64,000 nt of DNA from contig JANWXI010000002.1 of assembly GCA_025057415.1 (NCBI GenBank), forward strand, positions 3,497-67,496, read 5' to 3'. This document shows, piece by piece, positions 18,878 to 29,020 of the stretch. How positions within the stretch are numbered: the stretch's first letter is position 1; each line of letters starts with the position of its first letter. A model generated the notes under the pieces. That model made no database searches. It was not told where the DNA came from and worked only from the letters and a program-made list of their open reading frames with translations. The position numbers and the translations under genes are program-made. The DNA comes from Chitinophagales bacterium (GTDB lineage: Bacteria; Bacteroidota; Bacteroidia; Chitinophagales; LD1).

Positions 18878-20491
18878 TTATGCTCTGATTGTTTCAGCTG
18901 GTTTCTGCTCTATGACCGGTTGATAGGGTTGAGCAAATGAAACGTCCTCGATGACACGCGAGGCAGGGGCGGCCTTAAGCCCGATTTTTTTCAGGAAAAA
19001 TCTTTTCAGGTGATAGAGGTTGTGCAGTGCATAAGCGATAAACTCAGGATTGCGTTGTTTAAAACCGGTGATGATGTCAGCCATCATGGAAAGGGGGCGC
19101 ACCAAAAAAGCAGGTATTAAAGAAGCTTTTTGCAGCGTGAGGTGAATTTTCCAGGAATCGGGTAATGCTGGCATGAGACGGAAAATGACTTCGTAGAGTT
19201 TGTACTGGTGCATTTTGTGTTTGTCTTTAACGTTTTCGGTGTTGCGGAAAAAGTAGAACTCTTCTCCCTCGTTGATTTTTCGCACCTGCTCGGGGGTCAG
19301 GTCGCCACGCTCTTCGGCCTCGCGCATCAGTTGGGTTCCGGGCAGGTAACACGTCCAGAAGGTTTGTACGCGCTTAGGGTGTGTTTTGGCGTAGAGTACA
19401 CGTGCATTTTCCTGTGCCTCCATTGGTTCGTTGGGCAGCCCGAACATGTGATCTACCTTGGCCAGCAAACCGTACTTACGCATCAGGTTAAGGGCATTCT
19501 CTACGTCTTCCGATCTTTCATAACGGAGTAAACTTTCTTTTTTAAAGCTTTCATCCATGCTTTGTACCCCCATCTGTATCCATTCGCATCCGCTTTCCTT
19601 TAGCCAGCGTGCGGTGTCTTCGTCCATATAGCGCGGATGGGTGAGAATGTTGTACGGGATATTGATTTCTTTTTTGTACTTCCAGGCAAATTCCTCCAGC
19701 CATTTTTTGCTGGTGGCGAAAACATCATCCTGAAAGTCCACTTTGTAAATTTTATATCTGCGCTTGGCGATTTTTAACTCAGCAATTACGTGATCGACAC
19801 TGCGCAGACGCACATACTTACCGCTTTTTTCTTCGGGCAACTTGGCAAAGAAGTTATTGAAACAGAAAGTGCAGCGATAGGGGCAACCCCGCGAGGCCAT
19901 GGTGAGGTAAAGGTCACCCAGACGCACGTAATCTTCCCACAACTCCTTGTCGTAAAACGGCAATGTGTCCAGATGTTGCAGAAAACCTTTCTGCATGCCA
20001 CTGATTACCTGTCCCTCTTTGTTTTTGAAGCTGGTATTAAAAATAGGGCGGGAGTAATCATCATTAGCTATGGTTTTAAGTATAGCCGGGAAGGCCTCAT
20101 CGCCTTCACCAACCACCACAAAATCGACCTGAGGGCGGGCAATTACCAGATGCGGCACGGCAGAGGGGTGTACTCCGCCAAATACGGTCTTGATGCGGGG
20201 GTTAATTTCTTTGGCTGTTTGTGCCACTTGCAGCATCCACTGATAAGTGGAAGTAAGGGCGCCAAATGCCAATACATCGGGCTGTTGGTCTTTTATGGCT
20301 TGTATAACATCGTGTGTATCATCAAAAAACGGTGCGATGGCGGGAAACTCAAGATTAAAACGGTCATGAAACAGGGAAGCGCTAAATGCCAAGCCCACCT
20401 TGTGTCCTTCGCGACGGGCAATGGCGCTGAGCTGGCTGATGCCGAGCTGCTCGGTGCCGAGGCCAACAAATGTTACTTTAAGCGGGCGCAT
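18878..20491 (-). CDS. B12-binding-domain radical SAM enzyme (class B)
   Basis: N-terminal Rossmann-like region (KVTFVGLG...DVLAFGALTS...VFGGVHPS...VVVGEGDEAF). Radical SAM cluster motif ASRGCPYRCTFC. Confidence 0.85.
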   Translation of the reverse strand: MRPLKVTFVGLGTEQLGISQLSAIARREGHKVGLAFSASLFHDRFNLEFPAIAPFFDDTHDVIQAIKDQQPDVLAFGALTSTYQWMLQVAQTAKEINPRIKTVFGGVHPSAVPHLVIARPQVDFVVVGEGDEAFPAILKTIANDDYSRPIFNTSFKNKEGQVISGMQKGFLQHLDTLPFYDKELWEDYVRLGDLYLTMASRGCPYRCTFCFNNFFAKLPEEKSGKYVRLRSVDHVIAELKIAKRRYKIYKVDFQDDVFATSKKWLEEFAWKYKKEINIPYNILTHPRYMDEDTARWLKESGCEWIQMGVQSMDESFKKESLLRYERSEDVENALNLMRKYGLLAKVDHMFGLPNEPMEAQENARVLYAKTHPKRVQTFWTCYLPGTQLMREAEERGDLTPEQVRKINEGEEFYFFRNTENVKDKHKMHQYKLYEVIFRLMPALPDSWKIHLTLQKASLIPAFLVRPLSMMADIITGFKQRNPEFIAYALHNLYHLKRFFLKKIGLKAAPASRVIEDVSFAQPYQPVIEQKPAETIRA

Positions 20492-20533
20492 GATTTTTCA
20501 GAAACACAAATTAAACATAAAAAGCGAAAAGCG

Positions 20534-20541
20534 TAAGTTTG
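20534..20541 (+). promoter_or_regulatory. Candidate Bacteroidota -7 promoter element (TAnnTTTG)
   Basis: TAAGTTTG lies 20 nt upstream of the ATG at 20561, in the 69-bp divergent intergenic region. Confidence 0.3.
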
Positions 20542-20560
20542 AGCTACGAATATAACCGGA

Positions 20561-21331
20561 ATGTTGCCCGAAAGAGTGTCCGGACTTTCTGTTAAGGAAT
20601 TTTATACCTCATATTTACAAAAGTCCATACCGGTAATAATTACCGATGTAGTGACCGGTTGGCATTCCTATCGGGAATGGAGTATAGATTCATTTGCCAA
20701 AAAATATGGTCATAAAGCGGCCGGAGTAATGCGCATTAAAAACGGATTATCTGACGCAGATACCTACAACGAGCGCAATTCGGCATTGGTGCCTGTACAA
20801 CGGATTATTGAGTCGGTCAGCAAAGGGCTACACGGTGCAGACATTGTGTTGGCATCTCCCATTGATGCGTTGAAACCGGAGATAGATTACGATGTAGCAG
20901 TGCCGGAGTATTGTCGCCACGGAAAATTTTTTCGCAGCCGCATTTATGTGGGGCCAGGCGGTTTAGTAACCTCCCTGCATCAGGACCTGCCCGAAAATTT
21001 TTATGCCCTCATCAGGGGGCGTAAACACATTACGCTGTTTAAGCCCGCTGACCGAAAATACCTGTATCCAAACCCGGTGTGGAGCCGCCACCCCAATTTT
21101 GCGCGTTACAATCCCGATAAACCCGATAATATTGCTTTTCAGAGGGCGCGCTTTGCGCAACCTGTGGAGGTTTATCTGCAGGAGGGAGAAATGTTGTATA
21201 TCCCCTCATTGTGGTGGCACCACATCCGTAATCTGGAACCATCCATAGCGGTGAACTTTTGGTGGAGCGTGGGGTGGAAGGTAGTACCGGCCTGGGGATT
21301 GGCAAAGTTAAAGCAAATACTCAATGGCTGA
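20561..21331 (+). CDS. JmjC/cupin_8-type Fe(II)/2OG oxygenase
   Basis: FYTSYLQKSIPVIITDV...W...FAKKYG N-terminus. HxD in SLHQDLP. Distal His in LYIPSLWWHHIRN. Confidence 0.75.
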   Translation: MLPERVSGLSVKEFYTSYLQKSIPVIITDVVTGWHSYREWSIDSFAKKYGHKAAGVMRIKNGLSDADTYNERNSALVPVQRIIESVSKGLHGADIVLASPIDALKPEIDYDVAVPEYCRHGKFFRSRIYVGPGGLVTSLHQDLPENFYALIRGRKHITLFKPADRKYLYPNPVWSRHPNFARYNPDKPDNIAFQRARFAQPVEVYLQEGEMLYIPSLWWHHIRNLEPSIAVNFWWSVGWKVVPAWGLAKLKQILNG

Positions 21332-22481
21332 TGGGGATGTGGGTCGTATAAAGCGGGTACATCAGCGAGTCGTGCAACCAATATTGTTGTTTTTTGAAAA
21401 GTTCGAGCTTTAAAATGGCGGGTGTTTTTTTGTTTGTAGGTTTAATTTTTTCTGAATGGTTGAATGCTTTACCCGGTTGAAAGAAAGCACCCCCTTCAAC
21501 ACCGCCCAATTTGTTTTTATTGTAGTAATCGTACATTAAAGAGTCAAACTCAGCTTTGCGATTAAAGCGAATAAGGTAAGAGGTTATCGCTGTGGAATCA
21601 TTCGCAAGCGCCGTGCATTGAAGCAGTAGCTCTGTACATTGAGCTGTTACATGAGGCATTTCAAAAGAGGATGTAAGGCGCAGGGTAGCATGAGATACAT
21701 CATAAGTTGCAATCATGTTTTTAAATATCCCGTTATAAAGGTGGTGTGTCAACGCGGGCGGGTCTTTGTACCAAATGTAACGGTGTGGTTGTTTTTGGTT
21801 CGTCAAAGTGTGGCATGTGTTGCAACGGCGGAAATTATAGTTGCTGCCATAAAACTTGTAAGCGCTCTTGGCGGCATCTGTATGACAAGGCAAACAGGTA
21901 ATGTCAGTTTTAGCGAATAGTTCTGAGTATTTTGGATTACAAGGAGCAGAGTAAAAAGTACTCGTATATTTTTTATTGCTGCTCATTACACCCTGACCAT
22001 CAAAGTGGCAACTCAAGCAATCTACGCCGGTAGTTTTGTCTTTGTCTGTTTTTTTCCACGGGATGGGCTGATGGGGATAGTCCTTTTGCATCAACCACCC
22101 TAAGAGAGAGTCCGTGGCATGATGATGCTGAAACACACTTTGAAACATATTATCAGGAGCATGGCAACGCATACATTCTGTTTCGGAATTTTTCAATACG
22201 TGATTTTCATAAAAACTGCACTCGTACTTCGGCTGGCTTACATATTGTACGTGCTCCTGAATAGAGTAATAGGCGTGAGCGTGAGGGCCATTTAATTCCT
22301 GTTCGTAAATCTCCTGATGACATTTGCCACATTCCTTGTTTTGCTCTGAGCGGGTTAATTTGAAAAACTCTTCATTAAACATCGTGTCAATACGGTTACG
22401 ACATCTACTTATGGATAAAAACATGGCTACCGTGTATGAGAATGTTAACATAAACAACAAAAGATTTCGCACAGGGAGCAT
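21321..22481 (-). CDS. Membrane-anchored pentaheme c-type cytochrome
   Basis: N-terminal hydrophobic helix. Five CxxCH motifs read directly: CGKCH, CMRCH, CLSCH, CLPCH, CNTCH. Confidence 0.75.
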   Translation of the reverse strand: MLPVRNLLLFMLTFSYTVAMFLSISRCRNRIDTMFNEEFFKLTRSEQNKECGKCHQEIYEQELNGPHAHAYYSIQEHVQYVSQPKYECSFYENHVLKNSETECMRCHAPDNMFQSVFQHHHATDSLLGWLMQKDYPHQPIPWKKTDKDKTTGVDCLSCHFDGQGVMSSNKKYTSTFYSAPCNPKYSELFAKTDITCLPCHTDAAKSAYKFYGSNYNFRRCNTCHTLTNQKQPHRYIWYKDPPALTHHLYNGIFKNMIATYDVSHATLRLTSSFEMPHVTAQCTELLLQCTALANDSTAITSYLIRFNRKAEFDSLMYDYYNKNKLGGVEGGAFFQPGKAFNHSEKIKPTNKKTPAILKLELFKKQQYWLHDSLMYPLYTTHIPISH

Positions 22482-22512
22482 GTATATCGGGTTTTGGCGC
22501 CTGAATAATATT

Positions 22513-23934
22513 TCAGTTATTACTTCTGCAAAATTGTATGAATTTTTCCAGCAATTTAGTGAAAATACTCTTGCGGTATTTTACGGAGAGCAGTTTTTTA
22601 AAAAAAATTTCTTCGTTTTGCGGTATTTGCAGAAGCCCGCATTTCAGCCACTCTCTGTAAACGGATGAGTATAACCATACAAACCCGAATAGTTCCAGCT
22701 TAGTCCAAAAAGATAGATTTTTTTGCGGGAAAATACGTTTTGCCAACGATGCTGGTGAGTAAAATTGCCTGATAAAGTATTTTGCTCCCTCCATGATCAG
22801 TTCTTCATTTACACCATGGGGCAGGTAGCTGAGGTGAATACCATCGTATAGCGAATAATCATTACCTATATATGTACCTTTTTTAGCCATGTATTGGTGA
22901 GCTTTTGAGCCGGGGTTGTAAGTGAGGAATGTTAATTTTACGTAGAGCAATTTGTTGCGCTGGAAAAACGCCAAAGTATTTCGGAAAGTATCTAACGTTG
23001 TGTTCTCCAGTCCCAGTATAAAACCCGCGCCAATCTGAATGCCGTATGATTGCGTTTTACGGATTATCCGTTCATAGTTATCAATAATGTTAGTGTGCAT
23101 TTTATGTATGGAGCGCAATGCACTATCATCAATGGTTTCCAGACCGCAGTAAATGATTTTGCAATTGCTTTCGCGTAATGCATATAGTATCTCATCATCA
23201 TCCAGAAATTCAATACACATTTCAGCCATCCAGCCCGCAACGCGGTTTTTGCGCAGAAGCGATGCCACACGCAGCACATGCTCTTTACTTACTCCGAAAT
23301 TATAATCTATAATATTCACAAAACGTCCCGTGTAGTACTTTAGCTCACTATCCAACATACCATAATCTTTTAGGGCGTACGGTTTTTGCTGCATGATGTG
23401 TACCATGCAAAAAGAGCACTTTTCGGTGCAGCCGCGCGAAGTTTCCAATGGCATACCCATCACAGAACTGTATGCGTGGTAGTTATGCAATAATTCCCAT
23501 TTGGGGCTATTGAATACATGTAATACATCTCTGCCCGAACTATAAATCTTTTTTAGGTTGCCTGCTTGCCAATCTGTCATAAATTCGCTGGCGATATTTT
23601 CTATGAGACCACATATTGTGATATCTGCATGTTTACTGGCTTCCATGGGTAACATTGTAGGAAACTCACCGCCCCAAAGTACTTTGGCGTTAGGGTTGTA
23701 TCTACGAACTTTATGGGTGATTGCTACAGCAAAGCGGTAATTCTGTGCGGATACTTTAATGCCAACGCAAGCGTAATTTTCCCATGATATTTTGTCATCG
23801 TCTTCCAGATTAAGGTCAATAATCTCCGGTTCAAATATTTTTTCTAAACAAGATGCAACTACATAAAGCGAAAGTGACAGAATACCTTTGGGGTAAACCG
23901 GTAGGTCAATCAGCAGTAGTGGAGGTTTGTTCAT
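22513..23934 (-). CDS. B12-binding-domain radical SAM enzyme
   Basis: N-terminal Rossmann-like region (LLLIDLP...VGIKVSAQN...VLWGGEFPT). Motif SRGCTEKCSFC. Confidence 0.8.
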   Translation of the reverse strand: MNKPPLLLIDLPVYPKGILSLSLYVVASCLEKIFEPEIIDLNLEDDDKISWENYACVGIKVSAQNYRFAVAITHKVRRYNPNAKVLWGGEFPTMLPMEASKHADITICGLIENIASEFMTDWQAGNLKKIYSSGRDVLHVFNSPKWELLHNYHAYSSVMGMPLETSRGCTEKCSFCMVHIMQQKPYALKDYGMLDSELKYYTGRFVNIIDYNFGVSKEHVLRVASLLRKNRVAGWMAEMCIEFLDDDEILYALRESNCKIIYCGLETIDDSALRSIHKMHTNIIDNYERIIRKTQSYGIQIGAGFILGLENTTLDTFRNTLAFFQRNKLLYVKLTFLTYNPGSKAHQYMAKKGTYIGNDYSLYDGIHLSYLPHGVNEELIMEGAKYFIRQFYSPASLAKRIFPQKNLSFWTKLELFGFVWLYSSVYREWLKCGLLQIPQNEEIFFKKLLSVKYRKSIFTKLLEKFIQFCRSNN

Positions 23935-23955
23935 TATGGATCATTCAACATAAAT

Positions 23956-25497
23956 TTAACGAACCTGTTCGGCCGTAATCACTTTTGTTTTGGTTCGTTT
24001 GAGTAATTCTGCCAGCGCCCACTCAGCCCTTGATTCAAACCTGCGCAGGAGTAAGTTGCGCATGGTTCGTATTAGTCGCACCGGGCGAAAAAGATAATTG
24101 GTGAAGTAAAATACAAACAGATATACCAACGCATAGATGCGTAAAAGCGAAGGGTTTACCTTCTCATTATAGAAATGTATATTCCACAACGAGTCGGCCT
24201 GAATTATCTTCATAAAATACTCATCGTCTTCAATATTGATTTTTCCTTCGTCCACGAGGCGCTGAAACAGCGCACTACCGGGGTAAGGAGTAAAAATAGC
24301 GGGAGCCATGTCATTTACCCCTGCCCAGCTTGCCCTGATTAAAAACCAGATAGATTGCCATATATGACGGTGCCCTTCATCCGGAAAACCAATCATGAAG
24401 TTGATTTTAATGTTCATCTTTTCTTCACTGGAGTGGCGTATGGATTGCAGCATGCGGTCGAGTGAAACCTTCTTTTTAATGGTTTGCAGTATTTCCGGGC
24501 TGCCACTTTCGGGAGCATACGTGATATTACGACAACCCGAGCGATAAAGCCAGTAAGCCACTTCGCGGTCAATGGCCTCGCTACGCGTGCCGGCCGGTAT
24601 TTGCCAAACGATGTCTAAACGCCGTTGAACAATTTCTTTTGCAAATTCTATAATCCATCTTTTATTTATGACAGCGGTTAAATCGTAAAAGTCAAAATTA
24701 CACACACCGTATTTTCCCACATATAGTTCTATTTCATCAGCTACATCTGAAGCCGGCCGCATACTGTATTTGGTGCCCCACATCTGCGGACTACTACAAA
24801 ACGTACATTCATAAGGACAACCCCGTGTAGCCATCAAAGGCAATGCAAAGGAATTTTGAAGTTCTACACCAAAACTGATGCCATGCGATGTGTATTTTTG
24901 AAAAGGGAATATATCCCAATATGGCCGGGGGATTTGTGCTACTTCACGAATTCTTTTTCTTGGGGCAGTTCTTTGAGGTTGAGAATATTCATTTCTAAAA
25001 ACAATGCCGGGGACATTCTCTAAGGGAGAATTTTCAGCAAGGGCTTTTACCAGGTCTATTACAGTTTCTTCGCCTTCACCTAATACACAAGCAGTTAAGC
25101 ACTGTGTTTGCCTGATACAAAACTCCGGTACCGCAGTGGCATGCTCTCCGCCGGCAATGATGGGGACACCGGGAAAAGCATTCCCGATTTCATCAATCAG
25201 TTCCCTTTGATGTAACCAGTTGATACTGAACATCATGGTAATGCCGATTAGCTCAGTATCCGGGTGAATTAGCTGAATTATCTGACGTGACAACAGACCG
25301 TGAATAACTATGTCTTTTCTGCCTTTAAAAGCCACATACTGGTCGGGAGCTTCAGCAATGGCATCTATTATGTACACATCGTGCCCATCCGCCTTAAGGG
25401 CGCCGGCAATGTATGCTAATCCCAATGGTGGTGAGGGGCGCATGGATGCGCTCATAAGTTTCATCAGCCGTGACGGGTTTATCAAACAAACCTTCAT
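23956..25497 (-). CDS. B12-binding-domain radical SAM enzyme, family A paralog 1 (513 aa)
   Basis: MKVCLINPSRLMK...PPLGLAYIAGAL...IDAIAEAP...AGGEHAT...VLGEGEET. Motif ATRGCPYECTFCSSPQMWG. Block QIPAGTRSEAI. Aligns end to end with the ORFs at 41558, 44327 and 49317. Confidence 0.85.
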   Translation of the reverse strand: MKVCLINPSRLMKLMSASMRPSPPLGLAYIAGALKADGHDVYIIDAIAEAPDQYVAFKGRKDIVIHGLLSRQIIQLIHPDTELIGITMMFSINWLHQRELIDEIGNAFPGVPIIAGGEHATAVPEFCIRQTQCLTACVLGEGEETVIDLVKALAENSPLENVPGIVFRNEYSQPQRTAPRKRIREVAQIPRPYWDIFPFQKYTSHGISFGVELQNSFALPLMATRGCPYECTFCSSPQMWGTKYSMRPASDVADEIELYVGKYGVCNFDFYDLTAVINKRWIIEFAKEIVQRRLDIVWQIPAGTRSEAIDREVAYWLYRSGCRNITYAPESGSPEILQTIKKKVSLDRMLQSIRHSSEEKMNIKINFMIGFPDEGHRHIWQSIWFLIRASWAGVNDMAPAIFTPYPGSALFQRLVDEGKINIEDDEYFMKIIQADSLWNIHFYNEKVNPSLLRIYALVYLFVFYFTNYLFRPVRLIRTMRNLLLRRFESRAEWALAELLKRTKTKVITAEQVR

Positions 25498-25513
25498 ACA
25501 GTTTCACATGAAA

Positions 25514-26248
25514 TTAGTTTCCACGAATTTTCAAATATATATAAAGTAAACAAGCCGCCGGTAATGCCATCGCTTTTCGTATTCCGATGGGGGTTTTTTC
25601 GTATATACCTAAACGGCTAAGCAGATAGCGCATGGCTTCTATGCCTAAGCATCGGGCGCACACCCATGTGCGCAGGTGAGCAAATTCTGGTCTGATAATA
25701 TCAAACACCAGCACATAGCGGTATTCGTCCGTATTGTTCCATGCCTCATGCTGATAGGCATCGTTAAATGCAAATACTTTTCCCTCCTCCCACTCAAGCA
25801 AGGTGTCTTTCACACGCATCCCAATTTCGGGGAGTTTGCCCGGTACCTTTAAACCCAGATGACAACGGATGATAGCATTGGTTTCACCACAGTGCATTTT
25901 GAGGCGGCTCTTTGGCGCTAAAGTGGTGATGCCGGCCAACGTAATATGCGGGTGGGCGTCTATTATCGCGGAGGTTTTGGGAAAATACTTTGGTCCTAAA
26001 GGGTAACGTAACAGGTAGTTTTTAAAATAAATATTTTTCCAGCTATCGGGGTAGGTCATCTCCGGAGCGCTGGGATTGCGGTACGGAATGTCAAACTTTC
26101 GATGGATGTAATCATGCACCTCATCCTTGATGATTTGATAATGTTTTAAAACGTGTTGTATAGCCGGATATGCCGCCGGTTCATAAACCGTCGGTTCACT
26201 TTCTTCATGCAACGCATAATCACTGTATAAATAGACAACTCTTGACAT
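25514..26248 (-). CDS. Aspartyl/asparaginyl beta-hydroxylase (LpxO/AspH-like) family oxygenase
   Basis: HCGETNAIIRCHLGLKVP block, AYQHEAWN distal His and a hydrophobic C-terminal tail (ALPAACLLYIYL). Confidence 0.8.
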   Translation of the reverse strand: MSRVVYLYSDYALHEESEPTVYEPAAYPAIQHVLKHYQIIKDEVHDYIHRKFDIPYRNPSAPEMTYPDSWKNIYFKNYLLRYPLGPKYFPKTSAIIDAHPHITLAGITTLAPKSRLKMHCGETNAIIRCHLGLKVPGKLPEIGMRVKDTLLEWEEGKVFAFNDAYQHEAWNNTDEYRYVLVFDIIRPEFAHLRTWVCARCLGIEAMRYLLSRLGIYEKTPIGIRKAMALPAACLLYIYLKIRGN

Positions 26249-27277
26249 TTAACTAAAGCCACTATCGGGCGTGTAAAATAACACATTTCTCTCTTTAAAT
26301 AAAACGATAACACCTGCTGTTACCTGTGGTATAAAGTATGATAAGTGTAGATAAATCGTATAAGCGGCCGCCTCAGAAGTTAACTCAACATTAACCGGTA
26401 AAGATTTAAACGAAGCGATTTGCAATAGTACATAATAAATACCGCCATGTACTACCCCGGCACTGCCGGGGGCGGCAGGAATCAGAAATACAATAATCAT
26501 CGAAACTGAGACCATATAAGCCACATCCCAACTACGCATCGCTGCCGGTAAAGAAGTCATTTGAAGAAGCAGGTAGTATTGTAATATATTAATGATAAAA
26601 ATTATGAGACCTATCACAAAATAACGAAGGTATTGGTCAAGTGTCATACTTTTCAGATAGAGTTTTAGTTGTTCATGCAGTGAAAAAAGCCACATGCCCT
26701 TGTTTTCGAAAAGAGACAAGAAACGCAGCATAATGCGCTCTGTTTGCCGATGATGTATTATTAACAGATATAGTATGAAAATAAACAGTACAATAATTGT
26801 TACAGGCATGAAAAGCCGTCTGTAAACAGCCAATGAACCAAATATCAAACCAAGTATAGCCGCATACAAAATATAGTTTAAGGCATCAATATATTTCTCA
26901 AGCCCAACCAACGACAGACCATGTTTATATGAAATTTTATTCTTTTTACTAAAATGCCATGCACGAATCAATTCGCCTATGTTGCCGGGTAATAAGCTAT
27001 TGTAAAGCAACCCGAGTAACAAGGACTTTATGCTATCTGTGGTTTTAACCACCTTTAATCCTTCTGTGGGGATGATGAACCTTTTGGCTTGAAGGCATAT
27101 CACCAAAATTAAAAGCAATACAGTGGTAAAGAATAAGATTGCTTCGGTTTTTCCAATTCTCAAGTCGCTCCAACGCAGGTTGCTGTCTGATATTGTATAT
27201 ATGAGCAATACGATACTCGCCAGCGTGAATATGGCGGCCTTAATTTTTTGTGTGCGCTGCAGCCAACTGATAGACAT
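26249..27277 (-). CDS. Flippase-like membrane protein (lysyl-PG synthase TM-region / UPF0104 family)
   Basis: About 8 hydrophobic helices. The LLPGNIGELIRAWHFSK motif is characteristic of the family as I recall it. Confidence 0.55.
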   Translation of the reverse strand: MSISWLQRTQKIKAAIFTLASIVLLIYTISDSNLRWSDLRIGKTEAILFFTTVLLLILVICLQAKRFIIPTEGLKVVKTTDSIKSLLLGLLYNSLLPGNIGELIRAWHFSKKNKISYKHGLSLVGLEKYIDALNYILYAAILGLIFGSLAVYRRLFMPVTIIVLFIFILYLLIIHHRQTERIMLRFLSLFENKGMWLFSLHEQLKLYLKSMTLDQYLRYFVIGLIIFIINILQYYLLLQMTSLPAAMRSWDVAYMVSVSMIIVFLIPAAPGSAGVVHGGIYYVLLQIASFKSLPVNVELTSEAAAYTIYLHLSYFIPQVTAGVIVLFKERNVLFYTPDSGFS

Positions 27278-28932
27278 TATATTTTATATGCTTTAACCCG
27301 ATATATATCAGCTTCACAAAAGTGTATGTCCGAAACTTTTGTGAAATCTAATTTAACTTTGTACAAGTGCAGGAAATAGAAACTAATCAGTTGAATTCTA
27401 TCTTTGGTAATATATGCAAGAACACCTTCTTTGGAGTTAGTCAACAACTCTGTGTGCTTGCGAAAATCACCGGGATGGTATCCAAAAAGTTTTGTGAATC
27501 TTTCTACACAATAACTGTAGTAAGTCAGATAACCCCCATCGAATGTTGCAAAGTTTTGATAGAGAGTTTCAGGGGTCCGGTAAAACGGATCGTTTGTTAA
27601 CGGTATTTCGGCATTAGAAAAAAAAAGTGTGCGTTCACCGGTAGTTTGTTTTACAAGGTCTTTGGAGTTTTTTAAAAACGCCTCATGTACCTGCGATAGT
27701 TGTACGTGAAGCGGATGATAATATATTACTTGTCTGACCCCGAAAATAGCAATGGCTATTAGAACAAGTATAGGTAAACTAATACGTACAAATTTTGGTA
27801 AAGGCCTCTCTTCGAAAACTACTAAATATTTTAGAAGTAACAACCAGCTTAATATTCCTATATAAGAATTAAAAAAGCGCTCTTTGAGTTCATTGGTCAA
27901 TAATAAAATCAGCCCTGCGGGTACCAGAAACATCACCCATGTAAATAGCAATGATTCCTTTGCATGACCTGGCGAGGTACACACAAATAAGCACAACAAA
28001 ATAACAATCGAAATCAAAAGATAGGACGTGTCTCTCCATCGTTTAGAGATATCCTGTTTGATAGCCGATATATTGTAAGGGTCGAACACAAACGACAATG
28101 TGGGTTGTATGCGAACAAACTGATGGAAATATTCACGTGTATATTGAGCCGTATCGGTGAAAAAGAATGACTTTAAGCCAAGATACCTAGCTGTATCTGC
28201 ACTTTTACTTGCCGATGTTAAAGGTGCAATATGCGGTTTTTCCAGTATTGGATACTCAAAATGTGCTTCAATATACCTGCCCATATTACTTGTGAACTTA
28301 CCATTTAACTGATACAATCCCAGCAGCATCAGCGTAAAGGCAAACATTACTTTGTATTTACCGAATGTATATCCCAGCGGTTTTCTGAGTACATCATATG
28401 CGATAAATGCAAAAAGTATTAGGGCTGCGGCATGAATTCTGGTTATAACTGCAAAAAAAAACAATAAAAGCGGTGTGGCGCGTAACCTGTTATTGTTATC
28501 ATACTCCAAACTGTGCAGATAGAGAGCAGCAAACGACAGCAACACACTCTGTCTGATACAATGCAACTGAAATAATGAATCATAAAGAAATACACACGCA
28601 GCGACCACCAGAATCATAATATACATAACCTTATTCGCAAAGGTTCGTATGGCTATCACGGTAATAGCCCAGAAAACCGTAAACTGTGTTAATAACTTAA
28701 AAATGCCAAAAACAGGGATAGTTGGCAGATTTTTGCTTAGATGAAATAAGGGTGGAAATAGGAATACAAGAGAGTCAGACCAGTATTGTTCATTCCCCAT
28801 TTCACCTAATACTCCATAATTTATAGCCGCCACAATAGTTTCATTATCCTCCAGGTAGATACCTGAAATTGTGAATAATAGTACAACTGTAAAGGATACA
28901 AGGGCAGACCACAAGCCGGTTGACAGTTTCAA
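27277..28932 (-). CDS. Polytopic membrane protein with soluble C-terminal domain (unknown family; paralog of 46737..48440)
   Basis: 551 aa with many hydrophobic helices, a central loop and a ~150-aa C-terminal domain. The C-terminal ITKDRIQLISFYFLHLYKVKLDFTKV aligns by eye with VSTAQRVQLINLLTTEFYQMRLLFTAV of the 567-aa protein. Confidence 0.5.
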   Translation of the reverse strand: MKLSTGLWSALVSFTVVLLFTISGIYLEDNETIVAAINYGVLGEMGNEQYWSDSLVFLFPPLFHLSKNLPTIPVFGIFKLLTQFTVFWAITVIAIRTFANKVMYIMILVVAACVFLYDSLFQLHCIRQSVLLSFAALYLHSLEYDNNNRLRATPLLLFFFAVITRIHAAALILFAFIAYDVLRKPLGYTFGKYKVMFAFTLMLLGLYQLNGKFTSNMGRYIEAHFEYPILEKPHIAPLTSASKSADTARYLGLKSFFFTDTAQYTREYFHQFVRIQPTLSFVFDPYNISAIKQDISKRWRDTSYLLISIVILLCLFVCTSPGHAKESLLFTWVMFLVPAGLILLLTNELKERFFNSYIGILSWLLLLKYLVVFEERPLPKFVRISLPILVLIAIAIFGVRQVIYYHPLHVQLSQVHEAFLKNSKDLVKQTTGERTLFFSNAEIPLTNDPFYRTPETLYQNFATFDGGYLTYYSYCVERFTKLFGYHPGDFRKHTELLTNSKEGVLAYITKDRIQLISFYFLHLYKVKLDFTKVSDIHFCEADIYRVKAYKI

Positions 28933-29020
28933 TAGAGTATATTTTGCAAACGAATATAGACAAAGCTATTTTATATCACTCGTAAGTATTTTTAATTTTA
29001 TGCCGTAATAAGAGAGCAAG

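Noticed and set aside
19790-20536. 248-aa ORF antisense to the radical-SAM gene 18878..20491
   Set aside because: It lies almost entirely within a well-supported gene on the other strand and shows no recognisable motif. It is a likely shadow ORF. The same reasoning applies to the many 60-165-aa antisense ORFs inside the PBP, T9SS cargo, DUF58 and rSAM genes.
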